A stretch of 64,000 nt of DNA from a virus (IMGVR_UViG_3300014204_000107:203468-267467), one strand, 5' to 3'. Positions 49,424 to 60,481 are shown, counted from the stretch's first letter. Numbers and translations: made by a program. Notes: a model not told the origin generated them from the sequence alone.

Positions 49424-52400
49424 ATGGCACTACGAAAATCAAATACAAATTTAGCAACACACCATACACCAGATATTGATACTTTTAATTATAGTAGAAA
49501 TATACCTATGGACCAAGCTATTTTTGAAAAAGCATTAGTAGATAAAGTAAATAAGGTAGTATATCCTATAGCAATCAATATACCTAAATATATTATTATT
49601 GGAACTGATTTTGCTAAACCATTAAGTATATTAGAATCAAGCAATATAAAAATTACTAAATCTAAAAGTGAAATACTTAATATTCCAAAATTTAAGCTTG
49701 CAACGCCAGAATCTAATGTTATAACCATCCCTGAAGTTAAATTAAACACTCCTATCGGGAATATGGTAAATGCCCCAAATATAATACCTAATATACCTAA
49801 TCAAAATGTAATAACAGATCCAAATACTGTAATTGTACCGCCCAATTTAAATTTAATTATTGATCCTAATACACCAATTAACAATGTAATTCCAATTAAT
49901 CAAGTTAGTAATATTGCTACTTCACCATTTATAAATAGCGTGTATGGTTCTTGGGCATCATCCTTTATACAAATTGTACCATTTTTAAATACAACAATTA
50001 ATATAACAGCTGAAACGCCACCAATGTTGCCATTTATTAATAGTATTTATGGGCAAATGCAAAATTCATTTGTGCAAATAATACCATTTATGAATTTTTC
50101 TGCTAAACCACAACTACCACCATATGCGGCAAACTTAAATTATTTATGGAATGCACTTGCAACCCCCATGAATATTCCAAACCAATATAAAAACATATTA
50201 TTGTTTGGAACCAATGATATTGCACCACATATACCGTCAAGTATTATAATATCTAAATTTATTAATCAAATATATGGCAATTGGAAAACAACCCCTACTA
50301 TAATTAACTTTTTTAGTAGCGGACAAATGAATGTTCCTGCAGCATATGATAATATTATATTGCTTGATTCAACTTTTGATTTACCATTATCACAGTATAA
50401 TTCGCCAGTTGTTCAATCTAGCCACATAAATTATACAAATATAACGGCATTAAATACTGCGACTAAAGATAATTTCTTAAAGGATTTTAAATTTTCGTGG
50501 GGATTTAAAGATTATGATTCATTCTTTATGCCCGTGCATTTTAATACTTTAAAAATTGGTGCAGGGGATAATGTACAACCATTTATAATGCATGCACCTG
50601 GAAATGTATTTGAAATTGGTAGAACAAGTATTAAAGAATCAATGGGCGTACCAAGGAGGTCATCAACTGAATTTATTAGGGGAAATGAACAATCAGTACT
50701 GAGCATAAGTGAAGATGTTTATAGAATGACTATGTTTAGTGCAAGCCCTGCTGGTTTATTATGGAATATACAGCAAGCTGGTATGCAATTAATGAACCCA
50801 TTAACTGATAAAACAACGGGGCAATTAATACAACCAACTCGTATATATAACCCATTGATACCAATAGTTCAAGCAGGAATAAATCCAATTGGTGGGCACA
50901 TGCCTCGCCATTTATATTTGCTTAATAATTCTGATTATGAATCAGTAACTCGCGTAAATAACGACAATGAAACATTTGAAAAAACAAATAGATTAGCAAA
51001 AATATCGCAGGATTTAGGAATATTTAAATATCACATTGGGTATCCATTTTCTGGCGATCCTATTAAGAATATATCTGGTTTTGGAGGCCCTAATTCAGTC
51101 TATGGTGTTGGGTGGACTGATTTTTATGTAGCACAAAAGCAAAATTTTGCATTTGATGCACAAATGACAAGTTTATTTGGTAATGAATTAGATGCAATAC
51201 GGAAAAAATATTTATCTTATTACGATGCAGGTAAGTATCCGCAATTGCAATATTCAACAGACGGCAAACATTTAAACATATATTCACAAATTACTGAAAT
51301 ATATGGTAGTAATATTATTGGAGATGAATTTGAATTTACCAAAACTCCTATAGCAAATGCTAATCATAATACTTATCATGATATGATAATTGATACTAAT
51401 GGGTATTATTATAACAATAGCTTGGTAAATAATATTATTTTTATTGGTGATGCTGGTGCCAAATATCAGTCATATACATATCCATTTAATAATTGGGATG
51501 GGGATGATTCAAAAGCAAAAATATCATCTTACATTAATATGCAAAAATTGATTGATTCAAATATAATTAATATATTTGATAACACTGCAAATAGCAAAAA
51601 TCAAGATGATAGACAATTTTTTACATTCGATGATATATTTGCGTATTCAACGAGCATTTTAGATAATGAATTAAATACAAAAGATGCCACTATTCCAGCA
51701 AACATCAGCAGTCAGCAGGATATTAATATCAGTCCTATTGTTGGTATGTTTAATGATACTATTTCAAACAGTGAATTTGCAGTTGACAATGGAAATCCAT
51801 TAGATAAATCTGGCGTTATTTTAGCAGATAATCTAATATCCGCACCAGTTGGTAAAAATTGGAAAGGCGGATTTGATACTACATATAACTCATTTTTAAC
51901 TTATAAAAATCTAAAATCGTTAGCAGACTTTCCAGGTGTTGGAGCAGGATTACCAGATAATATAGAAGGGTATCGACAATTAATGATTGATAAAATAAAA
52001 CCAACATATCCACCCGTAGAAGGCATTAATAGAATGGAACGTAGAGTTGGCATCTCCGATGCAGGAAATGATAATGCAGATTGGATGTATGATAACACGC
52101 AATATTATAAAGATGCTGAAGGCCAGCAAGTTGCAATCAAGCAAGATTTTGTAAAGTTTTATATCACTATAATTAGATATAAGGAAGATGGCAGTAATGA
52201 TAGTAAAATATCTAAACAACATATCCAATTTAGAAATACAATTGCATCGCTAACATATAATTTTTCACCTACTTGGCGGGGCATAGATTATATAGGGAAT
52301 CCAGGTAAATCATATATATTCCAAGATTTAGTGCGTAAAATATCGACTAAATTTATTGTTGCGGCCCAATCACGAACTGAAATGGCGGAAATATATAAAA

Positions 52401-52726
52401 AACTTAATTTATTAGCAAGGCAAGTAGCGCCAAGCTATACGATGGCTGGTAATATTATGAGTCCGATGGTTGAATTAACTATCGGTGATTATATTTCGCA
52501 AGAGCCTGCAATTATAGAAGGGCTATCATTTGAAGTACAAGATGACTTTATTTGGGATATTGGTTATAATAAAGTTAAAGATGGTGCAGATGACCCACGT
52601 TTTGGCCCAAGTGAGCAATATGAATTGCCAATGTATATAAGTGTAAATGCTGACTTTACATTTCTTAATAAAGAAACGCCGGATAGAGATTTATCAAATT
52701 TCTTTGGCCCTGATAAATGGTTATAG
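49424..52726 (+). CDS. Baseplate/tail-tube initiator-like protein
   Basis: C-terminal W....YIG....Y......R.....F and P.VELTIGD motifs; position after TMP. Confidence 0.55.
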   Translation: MALRKSNTNLATHHTPDIDTFNYSRNIPMDQAIFEKALVDKVNKVVYPIAINIPKYIIIGTDFAKPLSILESSNIKITKSKSEILNIPKFKLATPESNVITIPEVKLNTPIGNMVNAPNIIPNIPNQNVITDPNTVIVPPNLNLIIDPNTPINNVIPINQVSNIATSPFINSVYGSWASSFIQIVPFLNTTINITAETPPMLPFINSIYGQMQNSFVQIIPFMNFSAKPQLPPYAANLNYLWNALATPMNIPNQYKNILLFGTNDIAPHIPSSIIISKFINQIYGNWKTTPTIINFFSSGQMNVPAAYDNIILLDSTFDLPLSQYNSPVVQSSHINYTNITALNTATKDNFLKDFKFSWGFKDYDSFFMPVHFNTLKIGAGDNVQPFIMHAPGNVFEIGRTSIKESMGVPRRSSTEFIRGNEQSVLSISEDVYRMTMFSASPAGLLWNIQQAGMQLMNPLTDKTTGQLIQPTRIYNPLIPIVQAGINPIGGHMPRHLYLLNNSDYESVTRVNNDNETFEKTNRLAKISQDLGIFKYHIGYPFSGDPIKNISGFGGPNSVYGVGWTDFYVAQKQNFAFDAQMTSLFGNELDAIRKKYLSYYDAGKYPQLQYSTDGKHLNIYSQITEIYGSNIIGDEFEFTKTPIANANHNTYHDMIIDTNGYYYNNSLVNNIIFIGDAGAKYQSYTYPFNNWDGDDSKAKISSYINMQKLIDSNIINIFDNTANSKNQDDRQFFTFDDIFAYSTSILDNELNTKDATIPANISSQQDINISPIVGMFNDTISNSEFAVDNGNPLDKSGVILADNLISAPVGKNWKGGFDTTYNSFLTYKNLKSLADFPGVGAGLPDNIEGYRQLMIDKIKPTYPPVEGINRMERRVGISDAGNDNADWMYDNTQYYKDAEGQQVAIKQDFVKFYITIIRYKEDGSNDSKISKQHIQFRNTIASLTYNFSPTWRGIDYIGNPGKSYIFQDLVRKISTKFIVAAQSRTEMAEIYKKLNLLARQVAPSYTMAGNIMSPMVELTIGDYISQEPAIIEGLSFEVQDDFIWDIGYNKVKDGADDPRFGPSEQYELPMYISVNADFTFLNKETPDRDLSNFFGPDKWL

Positions 52727-52738
52727 GAGTGCAATATT

Positions 52739-53038
52739 ATGGATAGGTACAAAGCAACAAAAATTGAAACGAACGATGATAATAATAGAGTATATGCAAC
52801 AACCATTTATTCTGCTATTAAAATGACGGAAAATGATAAATATATCATATCAAAGTTGGGTGATAGGTTTGATTTGTATGCAAAAAAATATTATGATGGG
52901 CAAATATCTATGTGGCCAATTATAGCACACGCAAACCAATTGGGAAAAGGAACATTAATGGTTCCACCGGGAGTACAAATTAGAATACCAATATTGCCAA
53001 GTTTTGACTTTCATTTAGAAGATTTACAAAACATTTAA
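52739..53038 (+). CDS. Baseplate wedge/tail X protein (LysM-like, gp53-like)
   Basis: GDRFDLYAKKYY....WPIIAHAN....VPPGVQIRIP. Confidence 0.75.
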   Translation: MDRYKATKIETNDDNNRVYATTIYSAIKMTENDKYIISKLGDRFDLYAKKYYDGQISMWPIIAHANQLGKGTLMVPPGVQIRIPILPSFDFHLEDLQNI

Positions 53039-53055
53039 AATAAAGAGGTTACAAT

Positions 53056-56052
53056 ATGTCATTTTTAGTTACACAAGCATATCCCTGGCTTTTTAAGGTT
53101 ATTGAGCACCGGGAAGAAAATGTGGCAAGTGCAGTGGGAGGAAACTGGTTTAATCAGCGGGCACCATGGATAAGAATAATGTCTTATGCAATACCATATA
53201 CAAAGGTTAATGATAAATTAAGTGAAAACTTCACACCAGCACCAACCACGCAAAACTTATTTGAAAATGCATCGTTCAATAAGACTGCTAATGAGTTTAC
53301 ATATGACGATGATGAATTAAGAAAAAAATGGGTTTTATATGGTGGCGTAACAGATGACCCTGAAAAAGCAGTACCAAAAAATGAAAATAGAAAAAAGTTT
53401 TTACAAATATATGATAAAACATTTAGGCCAATGCCTAATGTTACATCATTAGAAGTAACAAATAAAGGTTCCTGGGGTGCAGTAAGGGAAGCAACAATTA
53501 AATATACTGTTTGGTCATTAGAGCAATTAAATGCAATTGAAAAATTATATATGACGTTGGGAATCCATTGTGCTGTTGAATGGGGGTGGTCAATAGGGCT
53601 GAATCCAGATGGTGGATTATTAGATGTTATTCCTCCTAACGATTTATATAATTTTAATGGCGACCCATATGATTTTTTTAGAGAAACTTTGCCTAAATTA
53701 AGGGAAAATAATAATGGATGTTATGATGGAATGCTTGGTATAATTACGAATTTTGAATGGTCATTAAATGATGCTGGCGGATTTGAGTGTTCAACTACTG
53801 TTGCGTCAATGGGTTCTACCATATTGGCAGCAGATGTTAAAAGTAAAAGCAAAATGGTGCAATGTAAAGAAGAAACCACGGATGAAAATAAATCAACTAA
53901 AAACTTTGGTCTTTCAACTAATATTGATTCTACATTATTAGCAGTCAATGATGCGATTGATTCGGTTGGCAGTGGCGAGGCGTGGGACGGAAAAATAAAT
54001 AACACCGAAGGTAGAGTTACTGCCGCATGGGTTAAAGAAAATGGATATCCAGGTGTTAAATTATTGCTAGATACAAGTAGTGATGCAAACCCGCAATTAA
54101 ATACTGATACTGAAAAAAGATTTGTTACTTGGGGATATATTGAAGATCATTTAATAACTGGCAATTTAACTTATTATAAAGACTGTAATATAATTGGTGA
54201 CAAAAAATTATTTACTATAAATTCGGGCAATAATACAATATATAATCATGCCGAATTAAAATCAGCAAACCCATTAATATGCATACTACCAGGACAATTT
54301 AATCCAGGTAGCACTACCACCGTAAGAAAAATATTAACACTTGGAACAGATAGAACTTATAAGGATATATCAAATAATATAAGAAAATTTGCATATCCTG
54401 CGGTAGTTAAAGATATAAATCTTGGTAAGGATGCTAATGACCGATTGGCAATTGCAAGATTTAATGCTAATGCAAAAGTATATGCACAATGCCAAAGAGG
54501 TTATATTAGAAATATATTAGTTGAAACAGCATACATAAAAAATACCTTTGATGAATCAAGCACCCTGGAAGAGTTTATAATTAACATGCTTAAAGGTATA
54601 TCAGAAGCATGCGGAGGCATATGGGATTTTAGTATAATGGTTAATGAAGATACCGGCAATGTAGTTGAAATTATAGACCAGTCAGAAAAAAGTTCAGAAA
54701 CAAAGATAGAGCCCGTTATGTTTCATGGATACTATGAATTTGGATTATTGAAAACAGTTAGTTTAAGCACACAGTTAGATGCTAATATGAAAGGTATGAT
54801 TATGTACGGTACCAATCGCCAACAAGATAATCCAATAGATGTGCACAAAGATGGCACATCTGCATATAGTGAGTTTTTCGGACAATCAATAAAAGATAAA
54901 TTATATAAATCAGGCCTATGTCCTGAAACTCGTAAATCTGATGACACAAAGGAAGAATGCCCGGATGCAAAGATTGTAGCAACTAAGCAAGAATTTGATA
55001 CAAAATTAATAGAAGACTTGCAAAATGCATTTAAAGAATTACAAAGTAAGGTAACCCAGTCAAGAATAAATACTGCACAAAATGCATTAAATCAATATTT
55101 AATTGGAACTCGATATCCAAGAGCCACTACTGGTGCAAATAATGTAAAATATTTAACATTGCCAATAAAGCTTAAATTAACAATTGATGGTATATCAGGA
55201 TTTCAATTTGGGCAAGTAGTAGATTTAGATTATAAACCAGCCAGATATAGCGATAGAGCAGTATTTATGATTACAAATGTGACGCATAGAATAACACGCG
55301 ATGGATGGGAAACTGAATTAGATACTATTTTACGCCCATTTATTGATACGCGTGCTGCTGCATTAGGTGGTACTGGTGTAGTAGGCGGAGTGCCAACTAA
55401 TCCGGTGACGCAACTTGATACAAGATTCAGCACCCCATCAGGCGCAGATAGAATATCTGGTTATCTTAAAAGATTTCCACCGAAGAAACGTAAAGTTTTA
55501 AAAGGAATCCATGCAGGTGAGTTCGTTGATAACGGTAAATTGCCATTAGATAATGCGGTTATACGTGCAATTGATACAACTCATATTAATTTAACATCAC
55601 CAGCAAAAAAACAATATTTAGAACTTACTGCTGCAGCCAAATTTGAAGAAATGGCAAAAGCATATTCTGATCAACACAACGGTAAAAAATTGCTTGTTAA
55701 TAACACTTATAGAACATATGAAGATGGGGCATACTTATACCAAGACTATACTGAAAAGGGCAAAACAGTAGCATCTCCGGGTAGAAGTAACCATGGTTTT
55801 GGTACGGGAATTGATTTAAATTATGGTGTTACTGCTAATAAAGTTGGATTAACACAAAAAACATTAATGCAGCAATCACCAATGTATTCTTGGCTTGTAA
55901 ATAATGCAAGTAGATACGGGTGGAAGCAAGAAAAGTTTGCATATGAACCAAAACCAGGCAAACCAACTGATATGGTGCATTGGGATTATGCTGGTATTGA
56001 TACCGTTTATCATAATACTGCAGGGAAGATGAGCCCAGAAAATACAGTATAA
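53056..56052 (+). CDS. Baseplate hub protein with C-terminal M15 (VanY-like) peptidoglycan peptidase
   Basis: Hub-like LTIDGISG...V.H.I...GW.T; peptidase YRTY, SPGRSNHGFGTGIDL, WL..NA..YGW, HWDY. Confidence 0.75.
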   Translation: MSFLVTQAYPWLFKVIEHREENVASAVGGNWFNQRAPWIRIMSYAIPYTKVNDKLSENFTPAPTTQNLFENASFNKTANEFTYDDDELRKKWVLYGGVTDDPEKAVPKNENRKKFLQIYDKTFRPMPNVTSLEVTNKGSWGAVREATIKYTVWSLEQLNAIEKLYMTLGIHCAVEWGWSIGLNPDGGLLDVIPPNDLYNFNGDPYDFFRETLPKLRENNNGCYDGMLGIITNFEWSLNDAGGFECSTTVASMGSTILAADVKSKSKMVQCKEETTDENKSTKNFGLSTNIDSTLLAVNDAIDSVGSGEAWDGKINNTEGRVTAAWVKENGYPGVKLLLDTSSDANPQLNTDTEKRFVTWGYIEDHLITGNLTYYKDCNIIGDKKLFTINSGNNTIYNHAELKSANPLICILPGQFNPGSTTTVRKILTLGTDRTYKDISNNIRKFAYPAVVKDINLGKDANDRLAIARFNANAKVYAQCQRGYIRNILVETAYIKNTFDESSTLEEFIINMLKGISEACGGIWDFSIMVNEDTGNVVEIIDQSEKSSETKIEPVMFHGYYEFGLLKTVSLSTQLDANMKGMIMYGTNRQQDNPIDVHKDGTSAYSEFFGQSIKDKLYKSGLCPETRKSDDTKEECPDAKIVATKQEFDTKLIEDLQNAFKELQSKVTQSRINTAQNALNQYLIGTRYPRATTGANNVKYLTLPIKLKLTIDGISGFQFGQVVDLDYKPARYSDRAVFMITNVTHRITRDGWETELDTILRPFIDTRAAALGGTGVVGGVPTNPVTQLDTRFSTPSGADRISGYLKRFPPKKRKVLKGIHAGEFVDNGKLPLDNAVIRAIDTTHINLTSPAKKQYLELTAAAKFEEMAKAYSDQHNGKKLLVNNTYRTYEDGAYLYQDYTEKGKTVASPGRSNHGFGTGIDLNYGVTANKVGLTQKTLMQQSPMYSWLVNNASRYGWKQEKFAYEPKPGKPTDMVHWDYAGIDTVYHNTAGKMSPENTV

Positions 56053-56110
56053 GCATATTTTTAACTTATTAATACAATTATGAAATTATCAAATAAATAC
56101 CATATATATA

Positions 56111-56599
56111 ATGAGATACACTCCTGATAAGATACAACAACTGCAAACTGATAGTATCAGTGATGCAATTGCTACGCAAGATGATTCAGTATTACAACCT
56201 GATATTAGCGTTATATTTTATGATAACTTGACAGGCAATAAATTTATAACAGTACCCTTGCCCAAAAGAGATAAAATATCACCAACAAGCAAGGACTATA
56301 CTGCAGGCATTTTAAAGCGCTATTTTATTCAAAGAAAGAACGATATGGTTATAATTGAAGTAGGCAAAAAGCAATTTGAATACTACACAGATGCATTTTT
56401 ACTTACGGTTTATCGAAAATTAGATTTAGATTGGAAGATAATTGGGCCGCGAAATGACGTGGTTGATATTATGGGAAAAATTCTTGTATATGGCATAGAA
56501 GACACCAATTTGAGAACATTAAAACTTAAAGAAAAAGAAATGCGTGGTATAACGCAAACGTTACAAAATTTATCAGAATTCGCAATAATTACAGAATGA
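56111..56599 (+). CDS. Hypothetical protein
   Basis: ORF; DY..G...RYF motif. Confidence 0.6.
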   Translation: MRYTPDKIQQLQTDSISDAIATQDDSVLQPDISVIFYDNLTGNKFITVPLPKRDKISPTSKDYTAGILKRYFIQRKNDMVIIEVGKKQFEYYTDAFLLTVYRKLDLDWKIIGPRNDVVDIMGKILVYGIEDTNLRTLKLKEKEMRGITQTLQNLSEFAIITE

Positions 56600-57948
56600 T
56601 AATTGATACAATAGTTCAATTTGAAGCATTTAAGAATGAAATAATTGGTAAAGATGTGATTGTTCTCCAAGTATTGGACGATTCAAACTTACACCCTTGC
56701 ACAGCAGACCTATCTATGCTATATATATTTAATGTACAAACAGGCCATGAATATAGCATATTATTTAATCATTCCGAAAAAATAATTGATATTAGCAAAG
56801 AAGATGTTATTATAGCATTAAATAGTGCAAATATTAAATTTTCTATTAATAAAAAATATTTGTTACATTCTTTATATATAGATAATGTATATGATTTGCT
56901 TTTATTATATTATTTGAGATCTCACAAGCTCTTTGATATGATCGACGAGAATGACATGATAATATATAACTTCTACTCCCGTAAATTTTCGAGTGTACGG
57001 GGACGTAATAGAGTCATACCGGCTGTCAAGCATATTGAATATTGTAGGAAAATTAAAAACTCATGTATGTCTATCCTAAACATAATAGACACAGATGATA
57101 TTAATAGTTGTTATGAATATTATAATAATAGCGTTCTTAATGCATATTATAACATAGAAAAGAATGGTTTATTTATTGATACTTTTATACTAAATGCGGA
57201 AACAATAGATGATAAAGTATTTAGTGAATATAACTTATATACATCAACAGGAAGGCCATCAAATAGGTTTGGTGGTGTCAATTTTAGTGCACTAAATAAA
57301 AAAGATACTACAAGAGAAGCATTTATTAGTAGATTTAAAGATGATGGACTATTAATTGAATTTGATTTTGGAGGATACCATTTAGCATTAATTAATGATT
57401 TGATAGGGTATGACGTGCACAATGAAAATATGCATGAACATTTGGGTAAACAATATCTATCGGCAAACATTATAACTGAATATAACCACGAAATAGTAAA
57501 ATCTATGAACTTTCAATACTTATATGGTGGGGCACCCAAGGAAGTGTATGATAAGATTGAATACTTTAGATTGATTAAAGATTTTATTGATAGTATATGG
57601 GAGCGTGGCAAATATACATCAAAAATATCAGGTAGAGAAGTTAGAAGTGCGTTTATTGATAATGTAAATCCACATAAATTATTTAATTATGTATTGCAAT
57701 TAACGGAAACAGAAAGCAATATTAGTAAAATAAATGAAATTAATGCATTTTTACAAGGATATAATTCAAAATTAATATTATATACATATGATAGCTTTTT
57801 AATTGATTTTAGCAAGTCGGATGGTGCAAAGGTATTAAATGAAATATACAGAATATTAACAGATAACAAATATATTGTCAATGTCAAAGCAGGAAGGAAT
57901 TATAAAGATATGGTAGACATTACAAATAAATTTAAAGGAGTTGCATAA
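56596..57948 (+). CDS. Divergent family A DNA polymerase-like protein
   Basis: TSTGRPSN, motif A EFDFGGYHLALI, motif B KSMNFQYLYG, motif C YTYDSFL. Confidence 0.7.
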   Translation: MIIDTIVQFEAFKNEIIGKDVIVLQVLDDSNLHPCTADLSMLYIFNVQTGHEYSILFNHSEKIIDISKEDVIIALNSANIKFSINKKYLLHSLYIDNVYDLLLLYYLRSHKLFDMIDENDMIIYNFYSRKFSSVRGRNRVIPAVKHIEYCRKIKNSCMSILNIIDTDDINSCYEYYNNSVLNAYYNIEKNGLFIDTFILNAETIDDKVFSEYNLYTSTGRPSNRFGGVNFSALNKKDTTREAFISRFKDDGLLIEFDFGGYHLALINDLIGYDVHNENMHEHLGKQYLSANIITEYNHEIVKSMNFQYLYGGAPKEVYDKIEYFRLIKDFIDSIWERGKYTSKISGREVRSAFIDNVNPHKLFNYVLQLTETESNISKINEINAFLQGYNSKLILYTYDSFLIDFSKSDGAKVLNEIYRILTDNKYIVNVKAGRNYKDMVDITNKFKGVA

Positions 57949-59894
57949 TGCAAACATTAATAGAGAGAATATTGTCAGAATTGTCAATGGAATTTGGTAT
58001 AGTTGATTTTACTAAAGAAGAACAATTACAATTAATGCATAAAATACTTATTAAAAATGGCATACCACTAACAGAGGCATCAAATATTACTAATTATTTT
58101 CGCATAAGTGCAGAAGATAGACAATTATTAAAAGAAAAGAAAGTAAAAGAACCAAAACCCAAAAGAAATACTGTTGAACAAGCAGTATCTATGATAGGGC
58201 AAGAATATGGGATACAAACGGGTGCAAAATCATTATATATTGGTAAAAATTATGATATTAATGCATTAATTGATAAATTAAATACAAATGATTCATTAAA
58301 ATCAATACTCAATTATGAACACGCAAAAGAATTAACTCCTGATCAACCGGGAGCTATGACATCGTCAATGAATACATTGGCATTATATAATGCGGAAGGT
58401 AATATTATTTATAAATTTAAATTGACAACAATATTTTCTGCTACGGGCGGTGAAGGAGAAGAAGGTACTGGAGAAATACCATCAGATTTATATGAATTAG
58501 GAATCGCAGTTGCATATAATATGTTAATGGGTGCAGATAAAGAAACTGCATTAATAGATGCAGGAATAACTAAAAAGATAGCATTAAAAAAGTTTAATTC
58601 ATTTGAGCAAGATATATTACCAATCGGACAAAAAATTGCCTCTAAAATAAAGGCTGACAATATAATGGAATGGACGGGTGGGAAATCATCATTTGATACT
58701 TCCCCACTTTGGCCGTCTGACAATAAAACGCCAAAAACAGATTTATATTCTGGTGCGGAAAATAGAATTTCTCTTAAAAAAATGGGTGGGTCACAACTTA
58801 TGAGTGGCGGAAAGGGGGACACTGCCGGTGTATTCAAAGCAGCATTAAAATATTATGATGTCCATGACGGCGCAAGAAGAAGAACATTAATATCAGAATT
58901 TATTAAAGACGTAGAGAACAAATTTAAATATTATAATACTATCTCCGGTAGCACGGTTATTAAACAAAATTTAGTAAATCAATGGACGGAAAAACGCATT
59001 AATGAAATATTAGATGAATTAACTACCAAAGAAATAAGAGGAACGGGTATTAATACGGAAAAACAACGAATAGAACGTGCTAGACAACATGCAATAGCCG
59101 AATTGATACAAGCAAATTTATCAGATTTTCATTCAAACTACAAATCTTGGTTTATTAATGGAATAGAAGATAAATCAATCTCCGCAGCAAAATGGTTTAA
59201 AGAAGAATTTTTAGCAACAGTTAAAAACTCAGACATTGTCGCAGGCATGATAAACACTGCCGTTGACCATAGAGAATTAACTACTAAATTAGATACTATA
59301 TTTAAAAAAGACCCCGAATTTAAAAAATGGATTATTTATGAGGCTGCAACAGGATGTTATAAATTTACTGGTGATGTGCAAGATACAATACTAATGCCAG
59401 TTGCAAATAAAATATTATCATTTAGTATTGATGGTGATGCAAAGATGATTCCCATTACCGTCCAATGGGCCAAACAATTATCTGATACTGTGGTAACTAA
59501 TGTTGGATATAAGACATCAAATGGCAGAACTGAATCTAGTTTTAGAATACTGGTTAAAGATAAAATTAAAAATGAAAACATTGCACCAATAGATGAACAA
59601 CCATTTGAATTTGAAATAGCAATAACTGAAATTATTGCGGATTCAATGGATAGAACGATTAATATATTTGATGTTCTTAATACTGAGATTGATTTACTTG
59701 AAGAAGGAAGTTGGAAGGATGGATTAAAAAATGCATGGAAGTCGATAGTTGACACCGTAGAACGCTTTTATAAAATTGTTATCAGTAAAATTATTCAAAC
59801 ATTATTTGAATACGCAGAAAAAGGTATTCAATATTTTGCAAATGCACTTGGTATAGAAATAGTTGGTGAAGGGTATGCCGACGTGGAATTTTAA
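57948..59894 (+). CDS. Hypothetical protein with possible PD-(D/E)xK nuclease-like core
   Basis: E...TPKTDL...RISLKK pattern; LTE/LKE/LEE sites. Confidence 0.5.
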   Translation: MQTLIERILSELSMEFGIVDFTKEEQLQLMHKILIKNGIPLTEASNITNYFRISAEDRQLLKEKKVKEPKPKRNTVEQAVSMIGQEYGIQTGAKSLYIGKNYDINALIDKLNTNDSLKSILNYEHAKELTPDQPGAMTSSMNTLALYNAEGNIIYKFKLTTIFSATGGEGEEGTGEIPSDLYELGIAVAYNMLMGADKETALIDAGITKKIALKKFNSFEQDILPIGQKIASKIKADNIMEWTGGKSSFDTSPLWPSDNKTPKTDLYSGAENRISLKKMGGSQLMSGGKGDTAGVFKAALKYYDVHDGARRRTLISEFIKDVENKFKYYNTISGSTVIKQNLVNQWTEKRINEILDELTTKEIRGTGINTEKQRIERARQHAIAELIQANLSDFHSNYKSWFINGIEDKSISAAKWFKEEFLATVKNSDIVAGMINTAVDHRELTTKLDTIFKKDPEFKKWIIYEAATGCYKFTGDVQDTILMPVANKILSFSIDGDAKMIPITVQWAKQLSDTVVTNVGYKTSNGRTESSFRILVKDKIKNENIAPIDEQPFEFEIAITEIIADSMDRTINIFDVLNTEIDLLEEGSWKDGLKNAWKSIVDTVERFYKIVISKIIQTLFEYAEKGIQYFANALGIEIVGEGYADVEF

Positions 59895-59908
59895 TATAAG
59901 GAATTTGA

Positions 59909-60343
59909 ATGTTACAAAAACCAGAACAAAAGCAGTTATTAGCTACTTTTTCGTATAGGCATCAAATATTGCCAACATTAAAGAATATACTTGAATATTA
60001 TGTTCTTGCTAATGGATGTATTTATATATTTGATAACGAAGATAATAAGCGTGAAGTAATATTTACATATAATATCTACCATAGCCAGAACGATGGCATG
60101 TTACCGAATACTATTTTGGTGCATAGAAAGAAAGAATCTAATACATTATATACAATCAATGCTCTTAATGCATTAATTATGGAAATAAATAATGGTGTAT
60201 TGGACATAAATTATCAACTGAGTTGGAAAAATTATGAAAATATGCTTATAATCATAAGTTCTGATATATTACAGAGAATTAGGATAAATTTAAGTGAAGT
60301 AATTAAGTTAAAATCTGTCAAAAGTTCACACTCGTCGAACTAA
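59909..60343 (+). CDS. Hypothetical protein
   Basis: QLLATF, HRKKESNTLYTINALN segments. Confidence 0.6.
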   Translation: MLQKPEQKQLLATFSYRHQILPTLKNILEYYVLANGCIYIFDNEDNKREVIFTYNIYHSQNDGMLPNTILVHRKKESNTLYTINALNALIMEINNGVLDINYQLSWKNYENMLIIISSDILQRIRINLSEVIKLKSVKSSHSSN

Positions 60344-60481
60344 AAATTAAAAAAAGTTTCAAATTTTCTGATTTAATCGAAAAATTATACTATTTATTTA
60401 TAACAATCACGACATGGTGTCCATCGAGACACGGCATGGTGATTTATCTAAATTATTAACAAATTAAAAAAGGAAAACAAA

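Larger units (their letters stand above)
3126..60402 (+). promoter_or_regulatory. Recurring intergenic TAT(T/A)TAT(T/A) motif, candidate late promoter
   Basis: Copies start at 3126, 13383, 19665, 19693, 22847, 24466, 34156, 36754, 38072, 38417, 40885, 41346, 41970, 42267, 43463, 56103 and 60395, each just upstream of a gene start. Confidence 0.55.
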
